Source of the DNA: an uncultured virus (IMG/VR IMGVR_UViG_3300029705_000096)
Lineage: Duplodnaviria > Heunggongvirae > Uroviricota > Caudoviricetes
DNA length: 64,000 nucleotides
IMG/VR virus record: IMGVR_UViG_3300029705_000096
Reading direction: 5' to 3' (one strand)
Under the pieces are notes generated by a model that saw only the letters and a program-made list of their open reading frames with translations, made no database searches and was not told where the DNA came from. This document shows, one piece after another, positions 38,033 to 48,064 of this stretch; within the stretch, counting starts at the first letter, position 1; every line of letters begins with the position of its first letter. The position numbers and the translations under genes are program-made.

Positions 38033-38971
38033 TTGAACCATAACCAACACCAACAAGCTGTAAAAAAGGCGGTAAAAGCGAAATTCAGGGGTCACACGAC
38101 CCTGCACAGCAAGCGAACCCCACTATATCCAGACACGGCAGAGCGGGAATATATGAGGATCACAGCTGGTTACGTCAGGTTGATGAATCAGGTGTTGAGA
38201 GAGAACCTGCCTGAAATAATGACCGAGTACAGAGCGCAACGAACAGATGGTGTCAGAAACGACGATCTTCGTGACTTGGAATCTTGGCTGAGACAAAAGT
38301 TCCGACAAATGGCGCAAGAACTTGAAAAACGGGTTTCTGTATTCGGGCTAGAGAGACTTGTGGACAAAGTATCCAGAATGACACAACGGATGTCCCTGAG
38401 GGAATGGAAAAAGTCGGTTAAAGACACCTTGGGAATTGATCTCATGGATGACTACTATAGCGGAGAATTCTACGAGTCGATAGTTCACAGGTGGGTGGAT
38501 GAAAACGTTCTAAAAATCAAAACGCTCCCTCAGAACACACTGGATGAGATGCAGCAAATTATACTGCATGGCTTTAAGTCTGGCTCGACGATCAGAGACA
38601 TCACGAAAGAGATCCAACGTGAATATGGAGTAACCAGAAGACGGGCAAGAACTCTTGCCAGAGATCAAATTGCAACACTGAATTCGCAGATAACAAAAGC
38701 CCAGCAACAAGATGCCGGATGCAACAGATACAGATGGTCCGATTCCCGTGATTCTCGTGTCCGAGAATGCCACCACGCTTTGAACGGCAAGATCTTCAGC
38801 TGGGACGATCCTCCGGAGATGTGGTACACGACCAAGAAACGAGGAGTTGTTCGCACCGGAAGACGTTGTCATCCCGGCGAAGATTACTGCTGCAGATGCA
38901 TTGCTATTCCAGTATTCGATTATGAGACACTTGATGTCCCTATAAAAGAAACAGTAAGTCCCAAGGGGTAA
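38033..38971 (+). CDS. Head morphogenesis protein (MuF/SPP1 gp7-like)
   Basis: RARTLARDQ…YRWSDSRDSRVRECH…HPGEDYCCRC. Confidence 0.92.
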   Translation: MNHNQHQQAVKKAVKAKFRGHTTLHSKRTPLYPDTAEREYMRITAGYVRLMNQVLRENLPEIMTEYRAQRTDGVRNDDLRDLESWLRQKFRQMAQELEKRVSVFGLERLVDKVSRMTQRMSLREWKKSVKDTLGIDLMDDYYSGEFYESIVHRWVDENVLKIKTLPQNTLDEMQQIILHGFKSGSTIRDITKEIQREYGVTRRRARTLARDQIATLNSQITKAQQQDAGCNRYRWSDSRDSRVRECHHALNGKIFSWDDPPEMWYTTKKRGVVRTGRRCHPGEDYCCRCIAIPVFDYETLDVPIKETVSPKG

Positions 38972-39271
38972 ACCACCATGCAGAACAAAGAAAAGATCAA
39001 CGTTTACATCTATTTCAAAGATGGTAAAACGATTTGCATATGCAAACGGTCGAATAAAAAATGTGGTAGAAACTGCACACCGGATGTTGTTGAACGAGAC
39101 AAATTTGCTGGATGGGAAGACTCGTTCAAAAGAGACCGCTTTGGTCGTTGAGTTCCGTATTCAAGGAAGGCGGTAACACACATGGTAGTATCCGGCATTA
39201 TAAGGAGCCGAGATCCCCCCAATCTTGCGACAGGACCTCCCGGCAGAATACTTTGAAAGGAGAAAAGACCC

Positions 39272-39613
39272 ATGAGAAACTACAGAGCAGTCGAAGATGT
39301 CAGCAGACATCTTTCGAAGATTTGCGAAAGCATTCAGAATTTGGCTTGCTCCATTGAGATGTACCAGCACATGGATGGTGATCTGGAAGCAACTTATGAA
39401 ACTCTCATGCTCGACAAGCTTGAACATCTGCAGATGCTCACCTTGAAACTGACCGAACTGATTACTTCGGCAGAGGAGAGATCTGACAGTCAGGAGAACT
39501 TGGACGAAGGCGGCGGTGCTTTCTTTGCCGGCGAACTAGACGATGTCAAGAGAGATGAAGCGGCTGATGACAGAGATCCCACTTCCGTTAAAGCTGCGAC
39601 AGCTGCAGAATAA
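39272..39613 (+). CDS. Hypothetical protein
   Basis: RBS AAAGGAG; 113 aa. Confidence 0.6.
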   Translation: MRNYRAVEDVSRHLSKICESIQNLACSIEMYQHMDGDLEATYETLMLDKLEHLQMLTLKLTELITSAEERSDSQENLDEGGGAFFAGELDDVKRDEAADDRDPTSVKAATAAE

Positions 39614-39641
39614 TCACCATTCTCCGAAAGGAGGGGAGCGC

Positions 39642-41174
39642 ATGCCCCCTAGCTTAGCAAAGGTGATTCGTCTGGACAATTTGCCATTGAACCAGACTTA
39701 TTTCACCTCTGAAGGATATCTCGTAGACCGTCCTATTCTTACAACAACGGGTATATTCGAGTATCACAATGCTGACGGAAGCGTCAGAAGGGAGCTTCGA
39801 CTCCCAGATGAAGTCTTTTCTGCTGAAAGCCTGAAGTCGTACAAGGGTCATCCGATTATCATAACCCATGATGCAGGTGAAGTTGACAAAAACAATGTCA
39901 CCTCCCACCAGATCGGAACCATCCTTACAGAAGGATATCGCAGTGGAGACGATGTCAGAGCTGAGATCATCATCCATGATACGGATAAGATGAAAGCAGC
40001 AGGACTCAAAGAACTTTCTCTTGGCTATCATGTCGACCTAGACGAAACGCCCGGAGAATGGAATGGACAGCGATATGATGCCATTCAAAGAAACATTAGA
40101 ATCAATCACCTCGCTTTGGTAAGAAACGCCAGAGCAGGTGAGCAGGCACGTCTGAACATTGACAGCCGTGATCCTGTCAGAAAACTACAAGGAGGAAAAG
40201 CAATGGCTAATCCCAAGCAAACTGAGACCAAGCCCACTCAGCATGCCGACGGTCTCTTGACTTCAGAGCAGCTGGCTCAGGCAATTTCTGAGTACAAGGC
40301 TCGACGCAGTCAACAGCCTGTGCAGGACGAAGACCCCGTGCCTGCAGAAGAAACTGTCGTTGAAACCGCCGAGGAAACTGTTGTGGACGAAAACGCTGTT
40401 AGCGATGTCGAACAAAACGTTCTCACCACAGATGAAAAGATCTCTGCGATTAAGGAACGACAGGTGGCACGAGCCGGCGGAGAAGGTCCTTCTGATCTTG
40501 ATGCCGCAAAGAGCGTTATTCTTCAGCAGGATGAGGATCTGGCAACTCTGGTTGGTATCATCGATCAGATGAAGGCTGCTGAAGACTACAAGAACGCAAA
40601 GAATGATGCCGAGGACGATCAAAAGGACGAAGAAGTCCTGCCCGAGGACGACGTCAAAAATGATGAACAAGAGCCTGCCACTCCCGAAGAAACTGAAACG
40701 CACGAGGATCAAACTGATGTAGAAGATCCTGACGATCAGGATGATAAGAAGGATGGTGCTGGGTGCAATGAAGACTCTGCCGAAAGTGAGCCGACTACAG
40801 AACCTGCAGCCGAAGATGATAAGACCACCCTGAACGAAGATTCCATCGATGCAATCGTTACTCAGCGAGTGACCCTTGGCATTATGGGCCGCCAGCTGAA
40901 TTTGGACGGCCTTGAGCACATGCCTGTTCTGGATGCAAAGAAGGCTATTATCTCCGCTGTCCGTCCCGGCATGCGGCTCGATGGCAAGAGTGAAGATTAC
41001 ATTGCTGCGGCGTTTGACCTTGCAGCTGCTGAAATCGAAGCTCAAAGTGAAAAGGACACCGCTTATCAAAAGCGACAGATGTTCAACAAGGACTCTGGTG
41101 CCGCAGAAGAAGCCGGCACCTCTGCTGCTGACGCTCGTCAGAGAATGATCGACCGTCAGACCAATAAGATTTAA
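39642..41174 (+). CDS. Head maturation protease/scaffold (DUF2213)
   Basis: EGYL…ELRLPDEVF…KELSLGY…NHLALV…ARAG plus an acidic scaffold-like tail. Confidence 0.9.
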   Translation: MPPSLAKVIRLDNLPLNQTYFTSEGYLVDRPILTTTGIFEYHNADGSVRRELRLPDEVFSAESLKSYKGHPIIITHDAGEVDKNNVTSHQIGTILTEGYRSGDDVRAEIIIHDTDKMKAAGLKELSLGYHVDLDETPGEWNGQRYDAIQRNIRINHLALVRNARAGEQARLNIDSRDPVRKLQGGKAMANPKQTETKPTQHADGLLTSEQLAQAISEYKARRSQQPVQDEDPVPAEETVVETAEETVVDENAVSDVEQNVLTTDEKISAIKERQVARAGGEGPSDLDAAKSVILQQDEDLATLVGIIDQMKAAEDYKNAKNDAEDDQKDEEVLPEDDVKNDEQEPATPEETETHEDQTDVEDPDDQDDKKDGAGCNEDSAESEPTTEPAAEDDKTTLNEDSIDAIVTQRVTLGIMGRQLNLDGLEHMPVLDAKKAIISAVRPGMRLDGKSEDYIAAAFDLAAAEIEAQSEKDTAYQKRQMFNKDSGAAEEAGTSAADARQRMIDRQTNKI

Positions 41175-41188
41175 GGAGGAATTCCATT

Positions 41189-41683
41189 ATGAGCGCACAA
41201 ACCAGATACGGATTCACTACTCCCATTGGCGTCGCAGGTGGCATTTATGATCTCGCCCCCTACGAAATCAACACATTCCTGAACGAAGAAGAAACCGGCG
41301 TTATGAGCTTTGGCGTTGGCGTTGTGAAGGGCACCGCTCCCGGTGCAAACGTCAAGCTGCCTGCGGAAGGTGCAACTGCTGCTGATTTCGAAGGCATTAC
41401 CGTCAACAACCGCACAACCGAGTACGGACTGGACGACAAGGTCCGTGTTCGCAAGGGTGCCTCTATGGGCGTCATGCGCTATGGTCGTATTTACGGCCGT
41501 GTCGCAGCTGATGTTGAACCTGAATACGGCGAAGCCGTTTACATGGTTGCATCCGGCGAAGAAGCAGGTTTCTTCACCAATGTTGCTTCCGGCAATGTTG
41601 CGATCAAGGCACGTTTCGGCGGCAGTGTTGATCCCATCCATAAGGTCGCACTGATTGAACTGTTCAATCAAGCACAGGCGTAA
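41189..41683 (+). CDS. Capsid decoration/cement protein
   Basis: Lies between protease and major capsid gene; FGVGVV…VMRYGRI. Confidence 0.75.
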   Translation: MSAQTRYGFTTPIGVAGGIYDLAPYEINTFLNEEETGVMSFGVGVVKGTAPGANVKLPAEGATAADFEGITVNNRTTEYGLDDKVRVRKGASMGVMRYGRIYGRVAADVEPEYGEAVYMVASGEEAGFFTNVASGNVAIKARFGGSVDPIHKVALIELFNQAQA

Positions 41684-41695
41684 GCAAGGAGGTAA

Positions 41696-42733
41696 ATGAA
41701 TATGAGCACTCATACCAACTACAACCCTTCTGAAATGAAGGCTCTGCAGAATTCTGCTATCCCCACCGCCATCATGGCTTCTCCCGGCACAAGATTTGAC
41801 AGCGCAGAACAGGCATCTGTTTTCTTTGCACAGGAACTGGATCACGTCAAGGCTCAGTCCTACGACGTGGAATATCCTGAACTGACAGCTCTGAGCCTGT
41901 TCCCCGTCAGCTCTGAAGTTGACCCCGGCGCTGAGACCGTTACTTATCATACCTACGATAAGACCGGCCTCGCAAAGGTCATCGACAACTATTCCACCGA
42001 TCTGCCCCGTGCAGACGTGAACGGCAAGCCCGTCCATGCAATCATCAAGTCCGTCGGCGACTCCTATGGTTACTCCGCACAGGAAATGAGAGCATCCAGA
42101 CTGGCTGGCAAGTCCCTGGACTCCAGAAAGGCCGAATCTGCACGTTTCCAGATCGACAACATTCTGAACAAGATCGCATGGGCCGGCGATGCAGAGTCCG
42201 GCCTGATGGGCGTTCTGTCCGAAGGTCAGAATATTCCTCTGTTCGCCATCGGCGCTGGTGCAAGCGGTGCTACCTCTTGGCTGGAAAAGACCGCAGATGA
42301 AATTCTGGCCGATGTTGCCGGTATGCAGAAGCAGGTCGCAAAGATGACAAAGAACGTTGAGCGTCCTGATACCCTTTGCCTGCCCTCCGATGTCTATCTG
42401 CATCTGAGCACTACCAGAATCCCCGACACTACCACCACCGTGCTGTCCTTCATCAAGGAACATGCTCCCTATATCAAGAACATCGTTTCTGCCGCCGAGC
42501 TGGACAGCGACAGCACCTTCACCAATCCCTATGCTGCTGAAGAAGACGGTCAGGGCGTTGCATTCCTGTTCAAGAACGACAAGCGCAAGCTGTCTCTGGA
42601 AAATCCCATGCCCTTCTATCAGTATCCTCTGCAGGTCAGAAATCTGGAAACCATCATTCCTTGCGAGGCACGAACTGCCGGCGTCATTGTGTACTATCCC
42701 ATGTCCGCTCTGATTGCCGTTGGCGTGTCCTGA
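41696..42733 (+). CDS. Major capsid protein (DUF2184-type)
   Basis: YPEL…PGAETVTY…DLPRAD…YGYSAQE…GVIVYYP; strongly biased codon usage. Confidence 0.92.
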   Translation: MNMSTHTNYNPSEMKALQNSAIPTAIMASPGTRFDSAEQASVFFAQELDHVKAQSYDVEYPELTALSLFPVSSEVDPGAETVTYHTYDKTGLAKVIDNYSTDLPRADVNGKPVHAIIKSVGDSYGYSAQEMRASRLAGKSLDSRKAESARFQIDNILNKIAWAGDAESGLMGVLSEGQNIPLFAIGAGASGATSWLEKTADEILADVAGMQKQVAKMTKNVERPDTLCLPSDVYLHLSTTRIPDTTTTVLSFIKEHAPYIKNIVSAAELDSDSTFTNPYAAEEDGQGVAFLFKNDKRKLSLENPMPFYQYPLQVRNLETIIPCEARTAGVIVYYPMSALIAVGVS

Positions 42734-42748
42734 TTTTTTTCGGCAACA

Positions 42749-42764
42749 CTTACCGATCGGTAAG
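42749..42764. promoter_or_regulatory. Perfect operator palindrome after the capsid gene
   Basis: CTTACCGATCGGTAAG, followed by hairpin GGAGGCTACC-gctt-GGTAGCCTCC. Confidence 0.75.
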
Positions 42765-42819
42765 AGAAATGAAAGGGAGGCTACCGCTTGGTAGCCTCCT
42801 TAACTTTAGGAGGTAAAAC

Positions 42820-43113
42820 ATGATTATCAAAAACACCAGCCCCAAGATCGTAAACATCGGCACCACAATGCTGCTGCCCGACAAGACCATGACCATCACC
42901 CCTGTTGTTGCAAATACTCCCGCAATCAAGGCTTTTATCCGAACCAACGTGATTGCTGTCGTTCCTGAAGAAGTTCCGGAACAGGAGCAGCCTGATCCCA
43001 ACGAAACCGACGACACCGCCGATCCCGAAACCGACGACACTCAGGGCACAAAAACACCGAAGCCCAGAGGCCGGAAGAAGAAGGAAGAGGAGACCGAAAA
43101 TAACGCCGAATAA
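42820..43113 (+). CDS. Small virion-associated hypothetical protein
   Basis: Strong RBS; follows the major capsid gene. Confidence 0.65.
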   Translation: MIIKNTSPKIVNIGTTMLLPDKTMTITPVVANTPAIKAFIRTNVIAVVPEEVPEQEQPDPNETDDTADPETDDTQGTKTPKPRGRKKKEEETENNAE

Positions 43114-43126
43114 GGAGTGACCGTCC

Positions 43127-43531
43127 ATGAAAATGTCAGCCATAGACATGATCCGGTTGATCGGAGCTGAGTTTGTCGACGTCGATGAAGATACGCTCAA
43201 CGATTGGATCGAAATGGTAAGACCTATGGTAAGCCGTAAACAATTCGGCAGTCTCTATGAACAAGGACTTGCCTATTTGGTCTGTCACAAAATGAAGATG
43301 GCTGGCTATGGAGTCAATCCTTTGGGAGATATGGGAACTATCGGCGTCGGCTTCTCCGTAGGAAGTGTTTCAGAAGGCGGCAGCAGTGTAAGCTACGGCG
43401 CGAACCAATCGTCGAATCTAGCAACGGATGCCGAGCTGGGTCTCACAGCCTATGGGGTGCAGTTTTTGCAGATTCGAAGATCCGTTATTGTGCCCATTCA
43501 TTGTGGTGGGGAGAATGATTTGAATGTTTGA
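43127..43531 (+). CDS. Head-tail adaptor (DUF4054-like)
   Basis: YLVCH…[11 protein letters not shown]…TAYGVQF. Confidence 0.8.
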   Translation: MKMSAIDMIRLIGAEFVDVDEDTLNDWIEMVRPMVSRKQFGSLYEQGLAYLVCHKMKMAGYGVNPLGDMGTIGVGFSVGSVSEGGSSVSYGANQSSNLATDAELGLTAYGVQFLQIRRSVIVPIHCGGENDLNV

Positions 43532-43973
43532 TCTGAAAGACCTTACTCCTGAAGGCAAGAGGTATATGGAGCAGCTTAAACGGCTAACCGAACTTCAAGT
43601 CCACGTTGGATTTCAATCGGGAGATGATCCTTATGAAGACGGAACGGATCTGGTAAGTGTCGCTGCCTATAACGAATTCGGTTCCTCGTCAACTCCGGCC
43701 AGACCTTTTATGAAACAGAGCTTCGATAACAACGAAGACAAGCTGAAGGCTCAAGGGGCGAAGGCAAACAGAGATCTCGCCAACGGAGCTTCCGCAGAAA
43801 GCATCTTAAAAGAGATGGGAGTTGTGGTGAAAGGCATTGTTCAGCAGGAAATTGTTGAAGGCGACTTTGCTCCAAACGCTCCCTCTACTGTCCGGAGCAA
43901 AGGATCGGGACAACCTCTGATCGACACTGGCCACATGCGGCAATCGGTCAACTTCGTCATAAAGAAAGGATAG
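43524..43973 (+). CDS. Neck/tail-completion protein
   Basis: NEFG…PARPF…PNAPST…PLIDTG. Confidence 0.8.
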   Translation: MFDLKDLTPEGKRYMEQLKRLTELQVHVGFQSGDDPYEDGTDLVSVAAYNEFGSSSTPARPFMKQSFDNNEDKLKAQGAKANRDLANGASAESILKEMGVVVKGIVQQEIVEGDFAPNAPSTVRSKGSGQPLIDTGHMRQSVNFVIKKG

Positions 43974-43980
43974 TAGACCG

Positions 43981-44412
43981 ATGAATATTAGGTTATTCAA
44001 CAAGAAATACTGGGTCAGACGTTTCGAGGAGCAACGAGAAGTTCGTGGTTATCTCGCATCCGGTTACTCGGACTTTGTTGCAGATTTGAATGTCCACCCT
44101 CTGGGGACAGATCAGGTCATGACCCTTCCTGAAGGTCAGCGAAAAATCAAACGGCTCGAAGCTCACGGCGAGATTCAACTCGTCGTCGCAGATCAAGACA
44201 GCAACAGAAAAGGCGATCTTCTATTCTATCACGGAGAATGGTTTGAGTGCATCTCATCACAGATGTGGGATCATACGGTCTTATCTCACTATAACTATCA
44301 GTTTGTGCTTGTTCCCAGAGATGCAGCACTTTCGACGGATATCGAACACGATCCAGTAGGAATACCCGGATCTCAAAAGGAGTGTCATTGCCATGAGAGT
44401 ATCTGCTGCTAA
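43981..44412 (+). CDS. Head-closure protein (putative)
   Basis: Position in the neck cluster; LPEGQR motif. Confidence 0.65.
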   Translation: MNIRLFNKKYWVRRFEEQREVRGYLASGYSDFVADLNVHPLGTDQVMTLPEGQRKIKRLEAHGEIQLVVADQDSNRKGDLLFYHGEWFECISSQMWDHTVLSHYNYQFVLVPRDAALSTDIEHDPVGIPGSQKECHCHESICC

Positions 44413-45145
44413 AGAACTCTTCCGGACTCTTGTGAAGAGGTATTTTCCCGGAGCTGTTGTTATTTTTGCGAACCAAAGCCGAGTAGCAAAGCCGCCGATT
44501 CCTCTTGTTGTTATAACGCCCGGAGCAGTAAGACGGAACCAAACTCCCAATTACTCAATTGTAAACGGCGTCAATGTCGGGTTCTATCATTCGAAGATCC
44601 CGATGACTATTGATCTGTTTTCTCCCGGCGATCCAATAAAGGATGACGATACAGGGCAGGTTGTTGCATACGCCAATTCTGCAGTGGACGATATGCTTAG
44701 TCTTGCAGACTATATCAACTCTCAAGATTCTGTTGAGTGGTCTCATCAGCATGACGTCAGTATGGTTATAGACGGAGATGTGCAGGATCTGACATCGATC
44801 GTTAATGATTCAAACTATGCATACCGCTCAAGAATGGTCGTCCAGTTTTACTTCACTCAAGCAGCTGTGGGATACTCCGCTGTTCTGTCTGAAGGCAGTA
44901 TCCACTATCCCACACGCATAGACGATCCGATAACAGGAGAACCGCAATATACAGATCAAGAACCTGTTACTACGACAAGCCCGACTGGGGATTACGTTGA
45001 TGAAGCAACAGAAAAAGAGCGAGATGCGGTAATAATTCCTGTTCAAGAACAGACGCCTAGCGGAGGCGGGTCTGTTGAGCTGGCCGATAAAGAAGCCGGC
45101 TACTTCACAAATGTTGTAATCAAGGAGGAAACAGGCAATGAGTAA
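44393..45145 (+). CDS. Tail terminator/neck protein (putative)
   Basis: Directly upstream of the sheath gene. Confidence 0.65.
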   Translation: MRVSAAKELFRTLVKRYFPGAVVIFANQSRVAKPPIPLVVITPGAVRRNQTPNYSIVNGVNVGFYHSKIPMTIDLFSPGDPIKDDDTGQVVAYANSAVDDMLSLADYINSQDSVEWSHQHDVSMVIDGDVQDLTSIVNDSNYAYRSRMVVQFYFTQAAVGYSAVLSEGSIHYPTRIDDPITGEPQYTDQEPVTTTSPTGDYVDEATEKERDAVIIPVQEQTPSGGGSVELADKEAGYFTNVVIKEETGNE

Positions 45146-46292
45146 AAATTACGACCAGATTGCAACTGTCAGCATCGACCTCGCCACCCCGCTGGTTGAT
45201 GACACCAGTTTCGACAATCTCTGTATCGTAGGTCCTCTGCCCAAGACCGAACCCGATAATGCACCTCCCAAGATCGGCGTTTATGCCTCTTTGGAGGAAG
45301 TTGTTTCTGCTGGCTGGGTTGTCGTAGGCGAAGAGGCTGATCCTGTCGGTCTCGCAGCACTCGCCGCTTTCAGTCAATCTCCCACTCCGTCTAGCATCTA
45401 CATTGCACCTCTGCAGACGGTTGAAACTGCAGAACTCGACACAGATGGAAACAACATCTATGTCTCAGAACCTGCCGTTAATGCTGTCCAGAGAGCCTGC
45501 GATGTCACTGGCTGGTACGTCCTTTGCACCGCTGGCGTTGATGCATCTGAGTACGAAGAAATTGCGGCTTATATCGAAACTCAGGACAGAATGTTCTGCT
45601 ACACAGAACTGGACTGTTTCGAAGATGAGGTTGTAGAATTTAAGCCTGCAGTCGGTGACGTGTATTACCGCACCATGTCTATCTACGGAAGACAGTACGC
45701 TGGTCAGCCCACAGAAGAAATTCCTGATGCAAACAAGTACATCAACTGCGCTTGGGTTGCAAAGTGGCTCAACTACGAGTCTGGTACTGAGACATCTGCT
45801 TTCAAGTCTCTTTCTGCAATCTATCCCAGTCAGCTCACCTCTACAGAAATGGCAGCAATGAAGGCTGGCAATGTCAACTATTTCATTACTGTCGGCAATA
45901 AGAAGGTCTCCATGAACGGCAAGGTACGAGCCGGCGAATGGGTTGACATCATCCGTTTCCGTGACTGGCTCAAGAACGACATGCAGGTCCGTGTTGTGAA
46001 CCTGTTTGTCACGACTCCGAAGATCCCCTACACGGATAATGGTATCAGTCTGGTGCAGAACCAGATGATCGCCTCTCTCAAGAATGGTCAAGATATTGGC
46101 GGCATCGCTCCCGATGAGTTTGACGTAGACGGCAACCGCATCCCCGGTTACTCTACGTCTGTGCCTCTGGCAGCAAGCATTCCTGCTTCCGACAAGGCAT
46201 CCCGTGTCCTGACTGGCTGTAAATTCAAGGCAAGACTCGCCGGCGCAATTCACTTTGCGGAACTCAACGGCAGCTTGACCTACGAAATGTAA
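45138..46292 (+). CDS. Tail sheath protein (DUF3383-type)
   Basis: [13 protein letters not shown]…KIPYTDNG…LAGAIH. Confidence 0.92.
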   Translation: MSKNYDQIATVSIDLATPLVDDTSFDNLCIVGPLPKTEPDNAPPKIGVYASLEEVVSAGWVVVGEEADPVGLAALAAFSQSPTPSSIYIAPLQTVETAELDTDGNNIYVSEPAVNAVQRACDVTGWYVLCTAGVDASEYEEIAAYIETQDRMFCYTELDCFEDEVVEFKPAVGDVYYRTMSIYGRQYAGQPTEEIPDANKYINCAWVAKWLNYESGTETSAFKSLSAIYPSQLTSTEMAAMKAGNVNYFITVGNKKVSMNGKVRAGEWVDIIRFRDWLKNDMQVRVVNLFVTTPKIPYTDNGISLVQNQMIASLKNGQDIGGIAPDEFDVDGNRIPGYSTSVPLAASIPASDKASRVLTGCKFKARLAGAIHFAELNGSLTYEM

Positions 46293-46309
46293 GGAAGGAG
46301 GCGCAATAA

Positions 46310-46726
46310 ATGGGTAAGATTAAGACTTACAATCCCAAGGAAGTTACTGTTGCATTCGGTAATCATATCGTCACTGGTTACGCTGATGACAGCTTTTTGT
46401 CCATTGATCCCGCAGGTGATGGCATGACAAAGAAAGTTGGATGCGATGGCGAAATTGTAAGAAGCGTAAACCCTGATGATACGTTTGTCGTTAAGTTGAC
46501 TCTTCTGCAGACTTCTGATACAAATTCTTTCCTCCAGCAGAAACTTGCTCAGGACAGAAAGAGCGGAGACGGCATGTTCCCTGTGCTTATTAAGGATCTG
46601 AAAGGCGGTATGGTGTTCAGCACTGATGCCGCTTGGCCGATCAAAGCCACTTCCCGCAGCTTTGGCAAAGAGTCGTCCAACAGAGAGTGGGAGCTTCACA
46701 CTGGTTCTGGTGAACTTACTGAATAA
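46310..46726 (+). CDS. Tail tube protein
   Basis: TYNPKEV…GYADDS…VGCDGE…LLQTS…REW. Confidence 0.88.
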   Translation: MGKIKTYNPKEVTVAFGNHIVTGYADDSFLSIDPAGDGMTKKVGCDGEIVRSVNPDDTFVVKLTLLQTSDTNSFLQQKLAQDRKSGDGMFPVLIKDLKGGMVFSTDAAWPIKATSRSFGKESSNREWELHTGSGELTE

Positions 46727-46794
46727 AAATAGCAGGGTCGCTCCGCATGAGCGACCCTGTTTCACCAAGAAGAATGTCTATAGGGGGTAACATA

Positions 46795-47537
46795 ATGGCA
46801 TTAAAACGAATGGAGGTCGTCACGAAAACCATTGGTGACGCAACTTTCTACATCAAGCCTTTTGGCGCATTCACGTCCGCAAATCTGAGCGGAGAACTTG
46901 CAAAGATCATTTCCCCGTTTATCGGTGGAATTCTGCCTGCTGTATCTGCCGTATTTGGCAAACTTGATCTTGATGTTGAAAAAACACAAGCAACAACAAC
47001 CGAAAATACTGGCGATATTATGGACATGCAACTGGACGATGCTATCGGTGCATTTACAGATGCTTTTTCTACTCTCTCTGGCGATAAAATCGAACAACTC
47101 ATGATGCAGTTGCTCATCAACAACCAGAATATATCCGTCAATTGCTATGCAACGGAAGATAGACCTCAACTTCTCACCAAAGATCTTGCTGATGAAATTT
47201 TCTGTACCGACATTCAGGATATGTATATTCTCTGTTTTGAGGTTATCAGAATTAACTTCAAGGGTTTTTTCAAGAAGCTCGGAGGCCGATTTGGAAAGCT
47301 GCAAGGAATTATTCAGCGGTTGACTCCGAGTACAGCAAATACGGATACCTCGATGCAAGCCAGTTCTGCGAACTAGAAATGAGAATGTACACGCTAATCA
47401 AGGCGAAGATCGCCTCAAAATCAGAGCTTGATGAAGCATACACCCTTGATGAAGCGTTGAAGTTATACGCACTTTATAGCATGGACTGTGACATAGAACG
47501 TGCCGTTTCAGAAGAAATGAAGCGACAGTCTGATTAA
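46795..47537 (+). CDS. Tail assembly chaperone pair (short form ends 47376; -1 frameshift form ends 47537)
   Basis: Slippery G GGT TTT at 47262-47268; the -1 frame is open to TAA at 47535-47537. Confidence 0.85.
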
Positions 47538-47566
47538 AAGATTCTCTCCTTCCGCATATGCGTATT

Positions 47567-47600
47567 CAAAAGACCTCCCATTGGTGTGGGAGGTCTTTTG
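47567..47600. terminator. Bidirectional terminator
   Basis: CAAAAGACCTCCCA-ttggtg-TGGGAGGTCTTTTG between convergent genes. Confidence 0.88.
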
Positions 47601-47607
47601 TTACGGG

Positions 47608-47976
47608 TCAGTATAGAACAGAAAGCAAAAATTTATGAGTTTTTTCATCAATTTCGCAGAGAGCCTTCTTACCGTCATTGAAAACTATAGATACTTGATA
47701 GGTTGTTTTGCTTTTGCCTGATGCTGCTCCGGCAATAGCACCGACCCCACCGAACAATAATGCTCCAGCAGCCCCTCTTGCGGCTCCACTGATAAGGCTT
47801 TTTCTAGACGACTGATCTACGACCTCCCATTCAGAAACAGTGTTTTTGTTCACAAAAATCTTTTTTGGGCCGATAAGAAATCTTGGCACAGAAATCAACA
47901 GGCCCTTTCTGGCGTTCTTCCATGTTATAACGCCGCCCTTATAATCGCCAGCAATTACTTGATTCAAATCCGACAC
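47608..47976 (-). CDS. Moron gene, glycine-zipper membrane-associated protein
   Basis: Only minus-strand gene in the tail region; GAARGAAGALLFGGVGAIAGAASG. Confidence 0.75.
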   Translation of the reverse strand: MSDLNQVIAGDYKGGVITWKNARKGLLISVPRFLIGPKKIFVNKNTVSEWEVVDQSSRKSLISGAARGAAGALLFGGVGAIAGAASGKSKTTYQVSIVFNDGKKALCEIDEKTHKFLLSVLY

Positions 47977-48064
47977 ACTCCTTTGTAATTAGTGGAAGCG
48001 ATTTCATTTTAACAGTCTTTCTTCTGTGCGTCAATCCTCATATGGTACGAACGGTGGTGTTCTT

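Noticed and set aside
36219..38043. ORFs called across the tRNA island
   Set aside because: They overlap clear tRNA genes and give non-protein-like translations.
41171..42463. Long antisense ORFs (for example 41171-42463, 61518-62777, 56881-57885, 15502-16185)
   Set aside because: They are shadows of strongly codon-biased plus-strand genes, with no RBS or recognisable motifs.
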